In this document: one piece after another, positions 27,788 through 38,001 of the stretch | Layout of the letters: each line of letters starts with the position of its first letter | Position numbering within the stretch: the stretch's first letter is position 1 | Assembly (NCBI GenBank): GCA_965214705.1 | Contig: OZ243972.1 | Coordinates: 2,368,001-2,432,000 of the forward strand | Direction: 5' to 3' | Source of the DNA: Alphaproteobacteria bacterium | Lineage (GTDB): Bacteria > Pseudomonadota > Alphaproteobacteria > UBA828 | DNA: 64,000 nucleotides | The notes under the pieces: generated by a model | What the model saw: the letters and a program-made list of their open reading frames with translations, nothing else | What the model was told of the DNA's origin: nothing | The model's database searches: none | Program-made: the position numbers and the translations under genes

Positions 27788-28546
27788 ATGAGCAATCACA
27801 CGCGCCTCGGCATGATCACGCCGTCACTCAACACGGTGTTGGAGCCCGTGACCTACGCCTTGCTTGCGGACCTGCCCGACGTGACGGCGCATTTCAGCCG
27901 AGTGCGGGTGTCCCAAATCTCGCTCGGCGAGGACTCGGCGGCCCAGTTCGGCGACGAGCCCATGCTCGCCGCTGCGCGCATGCTGGCCGACGCCCGCGTC
28001 CACGCAATTTGCTGGAACGGCACCGCCGGCAGTTGGCTCGGCCCCGACTTCGACCGCCGGCTCTGCGAGGCGATCGCACGAGAGACCGGCATTCCGGCGA
28101 CGAGCGCGACGTTGGCGCTGGCCGAGCTTTTCCGCAGCCGGGGAGTCAAGCGCTTCGCCCTGGTCACGCCGTTCGAGGACGCACTGCAGGAGGCCATCGT
28201 CGAGACCTACGGGCGCGAGGGCTTCGAGTGCGTGGCCGAGCGTCACCTCGACAGCGACGATACCTTCGGCTACGCATCCATCCCGCCTGCGACGACCGAG
28301 GGCATGATCCGCGAGGTGGTGGGCGCGGGGCCCGAGGCGATCGCTGCGGTCTGCACCAACTTGAAGGGCGCGCCCCACGCCCAGGCGCTGGAGGCGGAAT
28401 GCGGCCGGCCTGTCTACGACAGCGTGGCGGCAGCGCTGTGGGGGACGCTCGCGCTTGCCGGCGTCGACCCGAGCCGTATCGCCGGCTGGGGCGAAATCTT
28501 CTCCGTCGCCCCGGCCTCGCTGGAGCGCCTCGGCGCCCTGGCTTAG
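27788..28546 (+). CDS. Asp/Glu racemase superfamily protein (maleate isomerase / arylmalonate decarboxylase-like)
   Basis: RLGMITPSLNTVLEP, WNGT, LVTPF, VCTN motifs; ATG at 27788. Confidence 0.85.
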   Translation: MSNHTRLGMITPSLNTVLEPVTYALLADLPDVTAHFSRVRVSQISLGEDSAAQFGDEPMLAAARMLADARVHAICWNGTAGSWLGPDFDRRLCEAIARETGIPATSATLALAELFRSRGVKRFALVTPFEDALQEAIVETYGREGFECVAERHLDSDDTFGYASIPPATTEGMIREVVGAGPEAIAAVCTNLKGAPHAQALEAECGRPVYDSVAAALWGTLALAGVDPSRIAGWGEIFSVAPASLERLGALA

Positions 28547-28658
28547 AGCGAGTCCGTCATCGACGGACTCGCGACAGGCCGCGACCGCGGCCCGCCGCTC
28601 TGCGGCGCGCCCGCGCAGGCGCCGGCCAAAGGCCGGCTGCCGTGAGCGATAAAGCCTG

Positions 28659-29591
28659 CTAGGCGCTCGCGGCCTGCTCTTCTTCGGACTCCAGCAGGTC
28701 GGCCACCGGCGTCGAATGCCAGCCGTCTGCGCGCTTGGCCCAGTAGAGGTCGGAGAGCCGCCCGGTGGTGATGCCCGGCGCACCGTTGCCGATGGGCTTG
28801 TCGTTGACGCGGACGACCGGGACGACTCCGCCGGCCGAGGACGAGATGAAGGCCTCGCCGGCTTCCTCCAGCTCTTCGGGCCGAAGGTCGGTCGCCTCGG
28901 CTTCCAGTCCGATGTCCTGGCAGAGATCGAACACGGTCTTGCGGGTGATCCCCTCCAGCAGGTTGTCGCCGGGAGTGAGCGCCTTGCCGTCCCGGATGAT
29001 CCAGACGTTGAAGCCGGGTCCTTCGGTGACATAGCCGTCGGTCGAAAGCAGCACGGGCTGGTCCGCGCCGGCGTCGAGCGCCTCGAAGTGGGCCGCGGTA
29101 AGATCCATCCGGTTGAAGTTCTTGCACTTCTGGTTGATGGCGGCGTCAGGCGCGCGGCGGGTCTGGGCGATCCAGAGGTGGGCGCCTGACTTCATCTTCG
29201 GCTCGGCGACGATGGTGTAGAAGGGCACCGCGTAGGCGATCAGCTCGTTCTCGGCGGTGCGCGGGTCGCCAAAGGCGGCGCCGCCGGCGTAGCGTCCGCG
29301 CGTGCAGAGCACGTAGACAATCGAGTCCGAGAGGCCCGCGCGGTGGACGCATTGCGCCATGACGCTCCTGATCTGCGCATCGGACATGGGCGGCGTGAGC
29401 CGGACGTGCTCACACGAGGCGTAGAAGCGGTCCATGTGATCGTCGAGGCGGAAGAACGCGTCGTCACACACCGTGACCGCGTCGAACACCACGTCGCTCT
29501 TGTGGAAGGCCGGGTCGAGGATGGGTATCGATGCCTCCTCGATCGGCATGTATTGTCCGTGGCAATAGGCGATTCCCTTCGATTCCGACAT
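28659..29591 (-). CDS. PLP fold-type IV aminotransferase
   Basis: FRLDDHMDRF, PLP lysine in KCKNFN, TEGPGFNV, LEGITR, IGNGAPG. Confidence 0.92.
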   Translation of the reverse strand: MSESKGIAYCHGQYMPIEEASIPILDPAFHKSDVVFDAVTVCDDAFFRLDDHMDRFYASCEHVRLTPPMSDAQIRSVMAQCVHRAGLSDSIVYVLCTRGRYAGGAAFGDPRTAENELIAYAVPFYTIVAEPKMKSGAHLWIAQTRRAPDAAINQKCKNFNRMDLTAAHFEALDAGADQPVLLSTDGYVTEGPGFNVWIIRDGKALTPGDNLLEGITRKTVFDLCQDIGLEAEATDLRPEELEEAGEAFISSSAGGVVPVVRVNDKPIGNGAPGITTGRLSDLYWAKRADGWHSTPVADLLESEEEQAASA

Positions 29592-29830
29592 GGTTGCAGC
29601 CTCCCTGGCGGCGTTGCGCGGTTCGATGCGGACGGTAAGGCGGTGCGGGCCTTGCCGTCAATGTGTTGCGTTCGGGGGCTGAAATCGCCCCATGAGAAAT
29701 TCGCACTGAACCGTTCGAAATACGCAGAATCGGATGGGGAGGCGGCGCGGAAGCCGCTATGATGGGTCATCTAAACGAAGCGGGGCAACCCGCCGAAGCG
29801 CCCGTCCCACAGAAAATAAGTTGGTCCATC

Positions 29831-30379
29831 ATGTCAGACATCGGTTCGCCGCCCAGCGAAGGCGGCTCAATCACGGCCCAGGTCAAGTGGTTCAACCCGA
29901 CCAAGGGGTTCGGCTTCCTCGTACCCGACGACGGCTCGCCAGACGTCTTCTGCCACGTCTCTGCGGTCGAGCGGGCGGGCTTCGACACGCTGCCCCAGGG
30001 GGCCACCGTCAGCTGCGAGGTCGTGCAAGGGCAAAAGGGCCCCCAGGTTTCGCAAATCCTCAATGTCGACACTTCGACCGCGACCGTCATGCCCCCGCGG
30101 GGCGACCGACCGCGCCGCCCCGGCCCCGGAGGCTTCCAGGCCCGGCGCTACAACGAGCCCATGGGCCCGACCGAGGAGATCGAGGGCACGGTCAAGTTCT
30201 ACAACGTCGGCAAGAGCTACGGCTTCGTGACGCCGGACAGCGGCGGGCAGGACGTCTTCGTCCATGCCAAGGTCCTCGCCCGGTCCGGTCTCGACGATCT
30301 GGAGCCTCAGCAGCGCGTGCGGCTGGAGATCACGCAAGGCCCGCGCGGGCCGCAGGCAACCAGCATCGAGCTGATCTGA
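29831..30379 (+). CDS. Cold-shock protein with two CSD domains
   Basis: VKWFNPTKGFGF...DVFCH and VKFYNVGKSYGF...DVFVH. Confidence 0.93.
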   Translation: MSDIGSPPSEGGSITAQVKWFNPTKGFGFLVPDDGSPDVFCHVSAVERAGFDTLPQGATVSCEVVQGQKGPQVSQILNVDTSTATVMPPRGDRPRRPGPGGFQARRYNEPMGPTEEIEGTVKFYNVGKSYGFVTPDSGGQDVFVHAKVLARSGLDDLEPQQRVRLEITQGPRGPQATSIELI

Positions 30380-30467
30380 AGCCGTTCGCCAACGGCGCGC
30401 GGCCCGCCTCGTCAGGCCGCGCCGTCGGACGTTACAGGGGGCTTTGCCCCGCCACAGGCCGACCGCG

Positions 30468-32282
30468 ATGATACGGAATCCGGTCGCCACGCCCATCCTC
30501 GCGCGCCGTTTCGACGCCATCGTGCGCGAGATGTCGAATGCGCTGCTGCGCTCGGCGCGCTCCAGCGTCATCGCCGCCGCCAAGGATTTCTCCTGCGCCC
30601 TCCTGACCCATGACGATCGGCTGATCGCCGCCGCCGAAGGCCTGCCCGTGCACGTGCTCGGGTGCCACCTGCAGACCCGTTCGATGCGTACTCTTCATCC
30701 GGACCTGCGGGAAGGCGATGCCTTCCTCCACAACGATCCGTACCTCGGCAATACCCATGCGGCCGATCACGCCATTCTGGTGCCGGTTTTCATCGACGGG
30801 GTGCACGTGTTCACCGCCTGCGCCAAGGCGCATCAGGCCGATATTGGCAATAGCGCCCCCACCACTTATCACGCCTTCGCGCGCGATGTGTACGAGGAGG
30901 GCGCGCTCATCTTCCCCTGCGTCCTCGTGGAGCGCGGGGGCACGATCAACGACGATATCGTCCGCATGTGCGAACGTCGCATCCGGGTGCCGGCACAGTG
31001 GCGCGGCGACTTTCTCGCGCTGATCGGCGCCGCGCGGATTGGCGAGCGGCGCCTCAAGGAGCTGTGCAGGACGCTTGGAGCCGAGGCTGTTGCGGCCTCC
31101 GTCGAAGACTGGCTGGACTACTCCGAGCAGCGCATGGCACGGGCGATCGCGGGGCTGCCGGGCGCGTCGCTGGTCTCGGAAAGCGCGCACGATCCGGTGG
31201 ACCCTATCTTGCCCGACGGCATTCCGGTCAGGGTCGGAATCGAGGTGGACCCGAGCGCAGCCAAGATCACGGTCGATCTGCGCGACAACATCGATTGTGT
31301 CGATTGCGGCCTGAACCAGACGGAGGCCTGCTGCCTCGCGCACGTCTTCACGGCGATCTTCAACTGCCTCGACGACGACGTGCCGCGCAACGAGGGCGCG
31401 TTTCGCCGCGTCGAGGTGCTGATGCGAGACGGCTGCGCGGTCGGGCGCCCGGCCTTCCCCCATAGTTGCTCGGTTTCGACCACGAATGTGGCCGAGCGCC
31501 TCATCTACGCCATTCACAGCGGCTTCGCGCGTCTCGGCGAGGGGAGGGGTCTCGCCGAGGGCTCGGCAAGCATGGGCGGGGCGATGGCCGTGATCTCCGG
31601 CACCGATGCCCGCCGGGGCGATGCCCCCTTCGTCAATCAACTGTTCCTCGGGGTCGGCGGCGGCCCTGCCGCCCCCGGTGCCGACGGGTGGCTGACCTAT
31701 TGCCTGCCGACGGCGGCGGGCCTCGTTCACCTGGATAGCGTCGAGTTGGTGGAGAGCCGCTACCCGATCGCCGTGGACTCGGCGCGCATCGTCGCCGGCA
31801 GCGGCGGCGCGGGGCGTCGGCGTGGGGCGCCGGCAACGGAGGTCGTCTATGGCCCGACGCACGGCTCCCTTACCGCAGTCATTCCGTCGGACGGTCACCA
31901 TGTTGCACCGCGCGGTGTGTGCGGGGGCGCCGATGCGACGGCGGGCCGCACTGCCAAGCTCGACCGCGACGGCCGGGAGACCGTGCTTCCCAATTTCGTG
32001 CAGTTCACTCTCGAGTCCGGCGAGTGGCTGCGGGCGGTGGAAGGAGGCGGAGCCGGTTATGGCGATCCGTTGACGCGGGATGTTGAGCGCGTGCTGCACG
32101 ACGTGGCCGAGGGTTGGGAAACGCGCGACCGCGCGCTGAACGCCTACGGCGTCGTTCTTTCGGAGCCGGGCTGTGGCGGCCCGCTTGCTGTCGACGAGAC
32201 GGCGACCGAGGCCCGGCGGCAGGCGCTCACTCGGCGCGGATGGTGCGCCGGCGAGACAGAACCGATCCGATCACCATCATGA
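30468..32282 (+). CDS. Hydantoinase B / oxoprolinase family protein
   Basis: RSARSSVI..AKDFSC, NDPYLGNTHAAD, AHQADIG, SGGAGRRRG, GGGAGYGDP. Confidence 0.9.
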   Translation: MIRNPVATPILARRFDAIVREMSNALLRSARSSVIAAAKDFSCALLTHDDRLIAAAEGLPVHVLGCHLQTRSMRTLHPDLREGDAFLHNDPYLGNTHAADHAILVPVFIDGVHVFTACAKAHQADIGNSAPTTYHAFARDVYEEGALIFPCVLVERGGTINDDIVRMCERRIRVPAQWRGDFLALIGAARIGERRLKELCRTLGAEAVAASVEDWLDYSEQRMARAIAGLPGASLVSESAHDPVDPILPDGIPVRVGIEVDPSAAKITVDLRDNIDCVDCGLNQTEACCLAHVFTAIFNCLDDDVPRNEGAFRRVEVLMRDGCAVGRPAFPHSCSVSTTNVAERLIYAIHSGFARLGEGRGLAEGSASMGGAMAVISGTDARRGDAPFVNQLFLGVGGGPAAPGADGWLTYCLPTAAGLVHLDSVELVESRYPIAVDSARIVAGSGGAGRRRGAPATEVVYGPTHGSLTAVIPSDGHHVAPRGVCGGADATAGRTAKLDRDGRETVLPNFVQFTLESGEWLRAVEGGGAGYGDPLTRDVERVLHDVAEGWETRDRALNAYGVVLSEPGCGGPLAVDETATEARRQALTRRGWCAGETEPIRSPS

Positions 32283-33129
32283 CGAAGGCGGCGAGCATCA
32301 GCGCCGCCGCTCCCCACACGTAGGTCGAATGGGTCTCGCCGAAGAAGAGAATGCCCCATCCGATGCCGCCGACCACGCCGATGATGTTCATGACGGAAAA
32401 GAGCGAGGCCCCGGCGCGGCGCACGATCACGTAGAACATCGGCCACATGATGGCGTTGATGACGACCGCGGCGACGAGCGAGAGGTCGCCGTCCAGGTCC
32501 GGCCCGGGGAAGAGGTAGAGCTGCCCGGTTGCCGGCAAGAAGGGGACAAGAAGCAGCGCGCCAGCGAAGAGGTTGCCGATCGCAAGGCCGAGCGAAGATG
32601 ACTCAGGCGGACGGAAGCGCTCGACGAACACGTTGAGTGCGCCGAACCCGAAGGGAATCAACAGCGCGATGACGAACCACACTGCCATGTTGGGTGCAGG
32701 CAGGCTTTCCCCCGGAATGACGATTAAAAGGACACCTGCGACGGCTGTCAGCAGGCCCGCCGCACTGATCAGGCGAAAGCGATCGAGCCGGAAAACAACC
32801 GCGAGCGCATAGGTGAAGACCGGGGTCAGCGTAAGAAGTAGCACGGTGACGCCGGAGGGCAGCTTGGTCACGACAAAGGCGAGCAGCGCGAAGGGAAAGG
32901 CGAAGCCCAGGGCGGCGCTCACGAAATAGAGCCTGATGTGGGGCCAGGTGAGTTGCGGTAGCTCGCGCCGGGCGATTGCCGGTCCCAGAAGAACTAATCC
33001 AGCGCCGAGTGCGTACCAAAACACGTAGGCGAAATTGGGGAAGCCGGCGTCGCCCGCAATCTTGTTGACCGGGATCAGCAGACTGAAATTGATGCCGGCG
33101 ATGAGGATGAGGACGAGAGAAAGTGCCAT
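32227..33129 (-). CDS. DMT/EamA family transporter
   Basis: About 300 aa, roughly 10 TM segments, WGILFFGE motif; ATG at 33129. Confidence 0.85.
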   Translation of the reverse strand: MALSLVLILIAGINFSLLIPVNKIAGDAGFPNFAYVFWYALGAGLVLLGPAIARRELPQLTWPHIRLYFVSAALGFAFPFALLAFVVTKLPSGVTVLLLTLTPVFTYALAVVFRLDRFRLISAAGLLTAVAGVLLIVIPGESLPAPNMAVWFVIALLIPFGFGALNVFVERFRPPESSSLGLAIGNLFAGALLLVPFLPATGQLYLFPGPDLDGDLSLVAAVVINAIMWPMFYVIVRRAGASLFSVMNIIGVVGGIGWGILFFGETHSTYVWGAAALMLAAFVMMVIGSVLSRRRTIRAE

Positions 33130-33137
33130 TGCGGGCG

Positions 33138-34328
33138 TCAGGTTGCGGTGTGGCTCTGCCGGTGCCCCGCGCCGGCTTCGATCAGGTTCAGGACGACCTC
33201 GGCGGCACGCTCGCTCGGTGGCGTTCCGCCGCGCCCGAGCCGGGCAGCGATCTCGCGAAAGCTCTCGATCTGCTCGCACCGAAGCTCGGCATCACGCAAT
33301 AGCTCCTCGACCGCGGGAACCAGACGCCGCGGAGAGCATTTGCGCTGCACGAATTCCGGCGCCGCGCGGCGATTGGCGATGATGTTGGGCATCGCGATGT
33401 GATCCACCAGGAGGATGCGCTGTGCGATCGCCGCGGTGAGCGGATTCGCCCGGTAGCAGACGATCATGGGAACGGCCGCGAGCGCGAGCTCCAGCGTCGC
33501 CATGCCGGAGACCGTGAGCGCCGCGTCGCTCGCGGCGAAGGCGGCGTATTTCTCGGCCTTGCCCTCCACCACGGTCACGGGTGCGGCCCATGACGCGGTC
33601 TTGGCGGTTACGACTGCGCGGTTCTGCGGCAGCGTCGGCACGAGGATGTGGAGACCGTCTATGCGCCGGCCGAGAGTGCGCACGGTCTCCGCGAATACCG
33701 GCTCGTGCCGGCGCAGCTCGCTCGCCCGGCTGCCCGGCAGGACGGCAAGCACCGGCTGGTCGGATGCCAAGCCATGTCGCTTGCGGAAGTCCGGCCCGTC
33801 GGCGCTCTCGATGGGCTCCTGGACCAGCGGATGGCCGACGAAGCTGGCATCCAGGCCCACGGCCTCAAAATAGGACGGCTCAAACGGGAACAGGCAGAGC
33901 ACGTGGTCGAGATAACGCGCGATCTCGGCCGCGCGCCCCGGCCGATAGGCCCAAACGGTTGGCGCCACGTAGTGGATCAGGGGAAAACCTGCCCCCTTCA
34001 GCTTTGGCGCGACCCGGAGCGAAAATCCCGGCACGTCGACCGAGACAAAGGCCGCCGGCCGCAACCGGCGGGCCGTGCGCGCCGTGGCCCGAATGCGCCC
34101 GAGAATCCGTGGCACGTGGGGGACGATTTCTAGAAGTCCCATCAACGACAGCTCGGAGTAGGGAAACAGGCTCTCCAGCCCCTGCTCGGCCATGAGAGGG
34201 CCGCCGATGCCGGCGAAACGGACTCGATCGCCCGTGTGCCGCCTGAGCGCTTCCATCAGGCGGGAAGCGATGAGGTCGCCGGACGGCTCGCCCGCGATCA
34301 GGAAGATCAGCGGCGCGTCGCGCTCCAT
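33138..34328 (-). CDS. lpxB: Lipid-A-disaccharide synthase
   Basis: AGEPSGD, HYVAPTVWA, LFPFE, FVGHP, LPGSR. Confidence 0.97.
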   Translation of the reverse strand: MERDAPLIFLIAGEPSGDLIASRLMEALRRHTGDRVRFAGIGGPLMAEQGLESLFPYSELSLMGLLEIVPHVPRILGRIRATARTARRLRPAAFVSVDVPGFSLRVAPKLKGAGFPLIHYVAPTVWAYRPGRAAEIARYLDHVLCLFPFEPSYFEAVGLDASFVGHPLVQEPIESADGPDFRKRHGLASDQPVLAVLPGSRASELRRHEPVFAETVRTLGRRIDGLHILVPTLPQNRAVVTAKTASWAAPVTVVEGKAEKYAAFAASDAALTVSGMATLELALAAVPMIVCYRANPLTAAIAQRILLVDHIAMPNIIANRRAAPEFVQRKCSPRRLVPAVEELLRDAELRCEQIESFREIAARLGRGGTPPSERAAEVVLNLIEAGAGHRQSHTAT

Positions 34329-34336
34329 TCCGCCCG

Positions 34337-35158
34337 TCAGCTCACGCCGACCAAGAACACGCCATGCTCGTCGGCGCGCGCGACCGCCCGATCGCGCTCC
34401 AGGATCAGCGTCTCGCCGGCTTCGACCGCGACCCCCCTGAAACCGGCTTCGGCAAGCCTCTCGATCGTGTCCGCTCCGATCGTCGGCAGGTCGGCCCGAC
34501 GCTCCTGACCGGGCTTTTTCATCTTGACCAGCACGGCGCCGGGCCCCGCCTCCTGCAGCGCAGCGCAGCGTTCGATCAGCCCGTCCGTCCCTTCGACGCC
34601 TTCGACGCCGAGGACGCGGCCCGCCTGTACGACCACGGCCTGCCCGATGTCCTGCGCGCCGAGGGCGCGCGCAGCCTCGATGCCGACGGCGATGTCGCGT
34701 TCGGCGTCTTCGTCGGGAGCACGCTGGCCAATCACGCTGGCGGGCGCGCAGAGCGTTGCAATCAGGTCGTCGGCGCCGACGACGGTGAAGCCCTCGTCTT
34801 CAAGCTCGGCAATCACGAGGGAGAGGAGCGCATCGTCGCCCTTGGTCTTTGCGCGCGCGATACGCCCCATGAGGCGCATGCCGCGCAGGTCGACCTTGAG
34901 AGAGGAGAGGGAGGGCCGGCGGATCGAGCCGGCAAGCACAACCTCGCGGCAACTCGCTTGCCTCAGCGACTTGAGCAAGGCGCCGACCGCACCGAGCCCG
35001 AGCCAACGGTGGGGGACGCCAACGCACGTCTCCGGGTCCGTCTCGCCCTCGAAGGCAATGACCAGGACTTCGCGGCCTTCGCCCCTGCACGCCCGCGCGA
35101 TGAGGCTCGGCAGCGGCCCGCCGCCGGCAATAATTCCTAGGCTACTCGCCGCCATCAT
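34337..35158 (-). CDS. lpxI: UDP-2,3-diacylglucosamine diphosphatase LpxI
   Basis: LGIIAGGGPLP, DIGQAVVV, EGVEGTD, KPGQERRADLPTIG; between lpxA and lpxB. Confidence 0.95.
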   Translation of the reverse strand: MMAASSLGIIAGGGPLPSLIARACRGEGREVLVIAFEGETDPETCVGVPHRWLGLGAVGALLKSLRQASCREVVLAGSIRRPSLSSLKVDLRGMRLMGRIARAKTKGDDALLSLVIAELEDEGFTVVGADDLIATLCAPASVIGQRAPDEDAERDIAVGIEAARALGAQDIGQAVVVQAGRVLGVEGVEGTDGLIERCAALQEAGPGAVLVKMKKPGQERRADLPTIGADTIERLAEAGFRGVAVEAGETLILERDRAVARADEHGVFLVGVS

Positions 35159-35942
35159 CCCGTGGCTGGCAAATCGAGCGTTCGCGGTCGACCCGCATGA
35201 AGTCGACGATATCCATGACCGGCTCGTTGTCCTGGAACAGCTCGGTGACGTCCGCGAGACGCTCGGTCATGGTCCCTTCCTGCGCGAAGAGCAGCCGGAA
35301 AGCCCGCCTGAGATCGTGGACGATGTCGCGGCTGAAGCCACGGCGCTTGAGCCCGACCAGGTTGAGCCCGGTCAGGCGCGCGCGGTCGCCCATGGCCGAG
35401 CCATAAGGAATGATGTCGTGCTCGACCCCGGACATGCCGCCGACGATCGCGTGGCGCCCGATGCGGACGAATTGATGAATACCCGCGAGGCCACCGATAA
35501 TGGCCCAGTCGTCCACCGCTACGTGGCCGCCCAGCGTCGCGTTGTTGGCCATGACGACGTGGTCGCCGACGATGCAGTCGTGAGCGACATGGGTCGCGAT
35601 CATGAACAGGCAGTTGTCGCCGACGCGTGTCAGCATGCGGCCGTGGGGCGTGCCCGGATTCATGGTCACGTGCTCGCGGATGACATTGTCGTGGCCGATC
35701 TCGAGACGCGAGGGCTCACCTCGGTACTTGGTATCCTGTGGCGGGTGGCCGATGGAAGCGAAGGGATAGATGCTGGTGCGTGGGCCGACCGTCGTGCGCC
35801 CGGTGACGATCGCGTGAGAGACCAGCCGCACCTCGTCGCCGAGGACGACGTTGGGCCCTACGATGCAGTAGGGGCCGATGCTGACGCCGTCGCCGAGTTC
35901 CGCGCCCGGCTCTATAATGGCTGTCGGGTGGATGTCCGCCAC
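35142..35942 (-). CDS. lpxA: UDP-N-acetylglucosamine acyltransferase
   Basis: IHPTAII hexapeptide repeats, PQDTKY, HVAHDC, HQFVRIG. Confidence 0.97.
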   Translation of the reverse strand: MADIHPTAIIEPGAELGDGVSIGPYCIVGPNVVLGDEVRLVSHAIVTGRTTVGPRTSIYPFASIGHPPQDTKYRGEPSRLEIGHDNVIREHVTMNPGTPHGRMLTRVGDNCLFMIATHVAHDCIVGDHVVMANNATLGGHVAVDDWAIIGGLAGIHQFVRIGRHAIVGGMSGVEHDIIPYGSAMGDRARLTGLNLVGLKRRGFSRDIVHDLRRAFRLLFAQEGTMTERLADVTELFQDNEPVMDIVDFMRVDRERSICQPRDDGGE

Positions 35943-35943
35943 G

Positions 35944-36414
35944 TCAGGTGTCTTCCAGGATCATCGCCGAATATGTGGCCTCCGCCACCGCCTCGCCCTC
36001 AACTTCGGCTCTGGCCTCGAACTTCCACACGTTCCGGCGGCGGTGCTTCTTGGTGACGTGAATGAAGAGCTGATCGCCCGGCACCACGGGCCGGCGGAAA
36101 CGGCAGTTCTCGACCGACATGAAGTACACGAGCTTGCCGGCCATGGCAGGGCCGAGGGTTGCGACCACCAGCACGGCCGCGCTTTGCGCCATCGATTCGA
36201 TGATCAGCACGCCCGGCATGACCGGCATACGCGGAAAGTGCCCGTGGAAGTACGATTCGTTGATCGACACGTTCTTGATGCCGATTGCGCTCACGTCGGG
36301 GATCACGTCGACCATGCGATCGATCATGAGGAACGGGTATCGGTGGGGGATCGCTTGGAGGATATCCTCGATGTCCATGCGTTCCACTGTTGGCATGGGT
36401 GCCGTTTCGTTCAT
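35944..36414 (-). CDS. fabZ: 3-hydroxyacyl-ACP dehydratase
   Basis: [28 protein letters not shown]. Confidence 0.97.
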   Translation of the reverse strand: MNETAPMPTVERMDIEDILQAIPHRYPFLMIDRMVDVIPDVSAIGIKNVSINESYFHGHFPRMPVMPGVLIIESMAQSAAVLVVATLGPAMAGKLVYFMSVENCRFRRPVVPGDQLFIHVTKKHRRRNVWKFEARAEVEGEAVAEATYSAMILEDT

Positions 36415-37439
36415 TCCGGGGCCACCTTGCCTGTTGCCAGCCGCGCCAGATGCGCGCTTTGGCGGTGCCATTGTCGGATCGGCACGGCGGGCGTGCCGCC
36501 GTAGGTCCCGCCCGGCTCGATATCGCGGGTCACGCCCGTCTGGCCTGCGAGCCGGACGCCGTCGCCGATCGTGCGGTGATCCGCAACGCCCACTTGGCCC
36601 GCGATCTGAACGAATTCACCGACCCTCGCGCTGCCGGCGAGCGCGCTTTGGGCCGCAATCACGCTGCCCCGCCCGACGCGGACGTTGTGGGCGATTTGCA
36701 CCAGATTGTCGATCCGGCATCCTTGGGCGATCACCGTGTCCGGGCCGGATCCGCGGTCGATGGTGGTGTTGGCACCGATTTCGACGTCGTCCTCGATCAG
36801 GACACGGCCGAGCTGCGGTATCTTCACGTGGCCGCCCCGATCGATCGCGAAGCCGAATCCCTCCTGGCCGATGCGGACGCCGGGGAAGATCGCCACCCGG
36901 GCGCCGATCAAACAGTGGCTGAGAGAGGCGCCAGCGCCGATCCTCGTGTCATCACCGATCTCGACAGCGGGACCCACGGTGACGTTGGCTCCGATGAGGC
37001 AGCGGGCTCCGATACGCGCACCGGCGCTGATGACGGCACCCGCCTCAACCCGGCATCCGGTGCAGAGAACCGCCGCGGGATCGATCACCGCCGCAGGGTG
37101 CACCCCCGGCTCTGGAACTGGAATCGGATGAAACAGCTGGGCGGCCAGCGCGAAGGACTTGTAGGGGTTATCGCTGGTCAGGACCGCCACGTCCGCGGGA
37201 GCGTGGTCAGCCAGCGAAGCGGGCGCGATGCAAGCGCCGGCGCGGCAGGCGGCGAATGCGTCGACATATTTTGAATTGACGAGGAAGCTCAGGTGCTGCG
37301 ATGTGGCGTGGCTGAGGGGTGCCACGTCGGAGAGCCGCCTTGCTGGGTCAGCGCCCGCCGCGAGCTCTGCCTCTGCAGCTTCGGCGATTTCGGCCAGCGT
37401 GAACGGTCCCGCCACGGCGTAAAAGCGTGGATCGGGCAT
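36411..37439 (-). CDS. lpxD: UDP-3-O-(3-hydroxymyristoyl)glucosamine N-acyltransferase
   Basis: [29 protein letters not shown]. Confidence 0.97.
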   Translation of the reverse strand: MPDPRFYAVAGPFTLAEIAEAAEAELAAGADPARRLSDVAPLSHATSQHLSFLVNSKYVDAFAACRAGACIAPASLADHAPADVAVLTSDNPYKSFALAAQLFHPIPVPEPGVHPAAVIDPAAVLCTGCRVEAGAVISAGARIGARCLIGANVTVGPAVEIGDDTRIGAGASLSHCLIGARVAIFPGVRIGQEGFGFAIDRGGHVKIPQLGRVLIEDDVEIGANTTIDRGSGPDTVIAQGCRIDNLVQIAHNVRVGRGSVIAAQSALAGSARVGEFVQIAGQVGVADHRTIGDGVRLAGQTGVTRDIEPGGTYGGTPAVPIRQWHRQSAHLARLATGKVAPE

Positions 37440-37999
37440 CAGTTCTCGTCGAACGTCAGCGCAATCTCGGGATACGCCTCGTTCAACCGTTCGATTATCA
37501 AGTCGGTCAGATTGAACTCGGCGACGGCAAAAATCGCCTCGTGAACCGGCAGCACGATTTCAATTCCCTGCTCGGTCGCGATCTCTTCGACAACAATACC
37601 CAGGACTTCGCGAAAACGAATTTCGCCATTAGCCACGGCGCGCTGTAGGATTTCGCCACGCGCTTTCGCCCTCTGGTCGGCTGCCGCGACTTCGGCGTTG
37701 AAGGTGCGCTGGCGCTCCTCCAGCACCGCGGGCGTTAGCAGCGTCGCCTGCTGTTGGAGCTCGTCGCGCACGCCACGCAGCCGCACCGACTCTCGCTGCG
37801 TATCTTCGGCATAAGTCTTGCGCTGCGCCTCGCCCTGGGTCCGGATCGAGTGAATCGCCGTCGCTTCGCCGAGAATCCGTGCCATCTCGATAACCGCGAC
37901 ACGCGTCCCATGCTCGTCTGCCCACGCTCTCGTATTACCGCCCACCCCGCAGGCAACGGCCAGCGCGAAGACAAGCCAGATCCGGCTCAATCCCTGCAT
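37439..37999 (-). CDS. skp: OmpH/Skp periplasmic chaperone
   Basis: Signal peptide, coiled-coil body, position between bamA and lpxD. Confidence 0.85.
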   Translation of the reverse strand: MQGLSRIWLVFALAVACGVGGNTRAWADEHGTRVAVIEMARILGEATAIHSIRTQGEAQRKTYAEDTQRESVRLRGVRDELQQQATLLTPAVLEERQRTFNAEVAAADQRAKARGEILQRAVANGEIRFREVLGIVVEEIATEQGIEIVLPVHEAIFAVAEFNLTDLIIERLNEAYPEIALTFDEN

Positions 38000-38001
38000 T
38001 T

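Noticed and set aside
29831-30379. Two-domain cold-shock protein as a novelty
   Set aside because: Well known in alphaproteobacteria (e.g. Caulobacter CspC/CspD).
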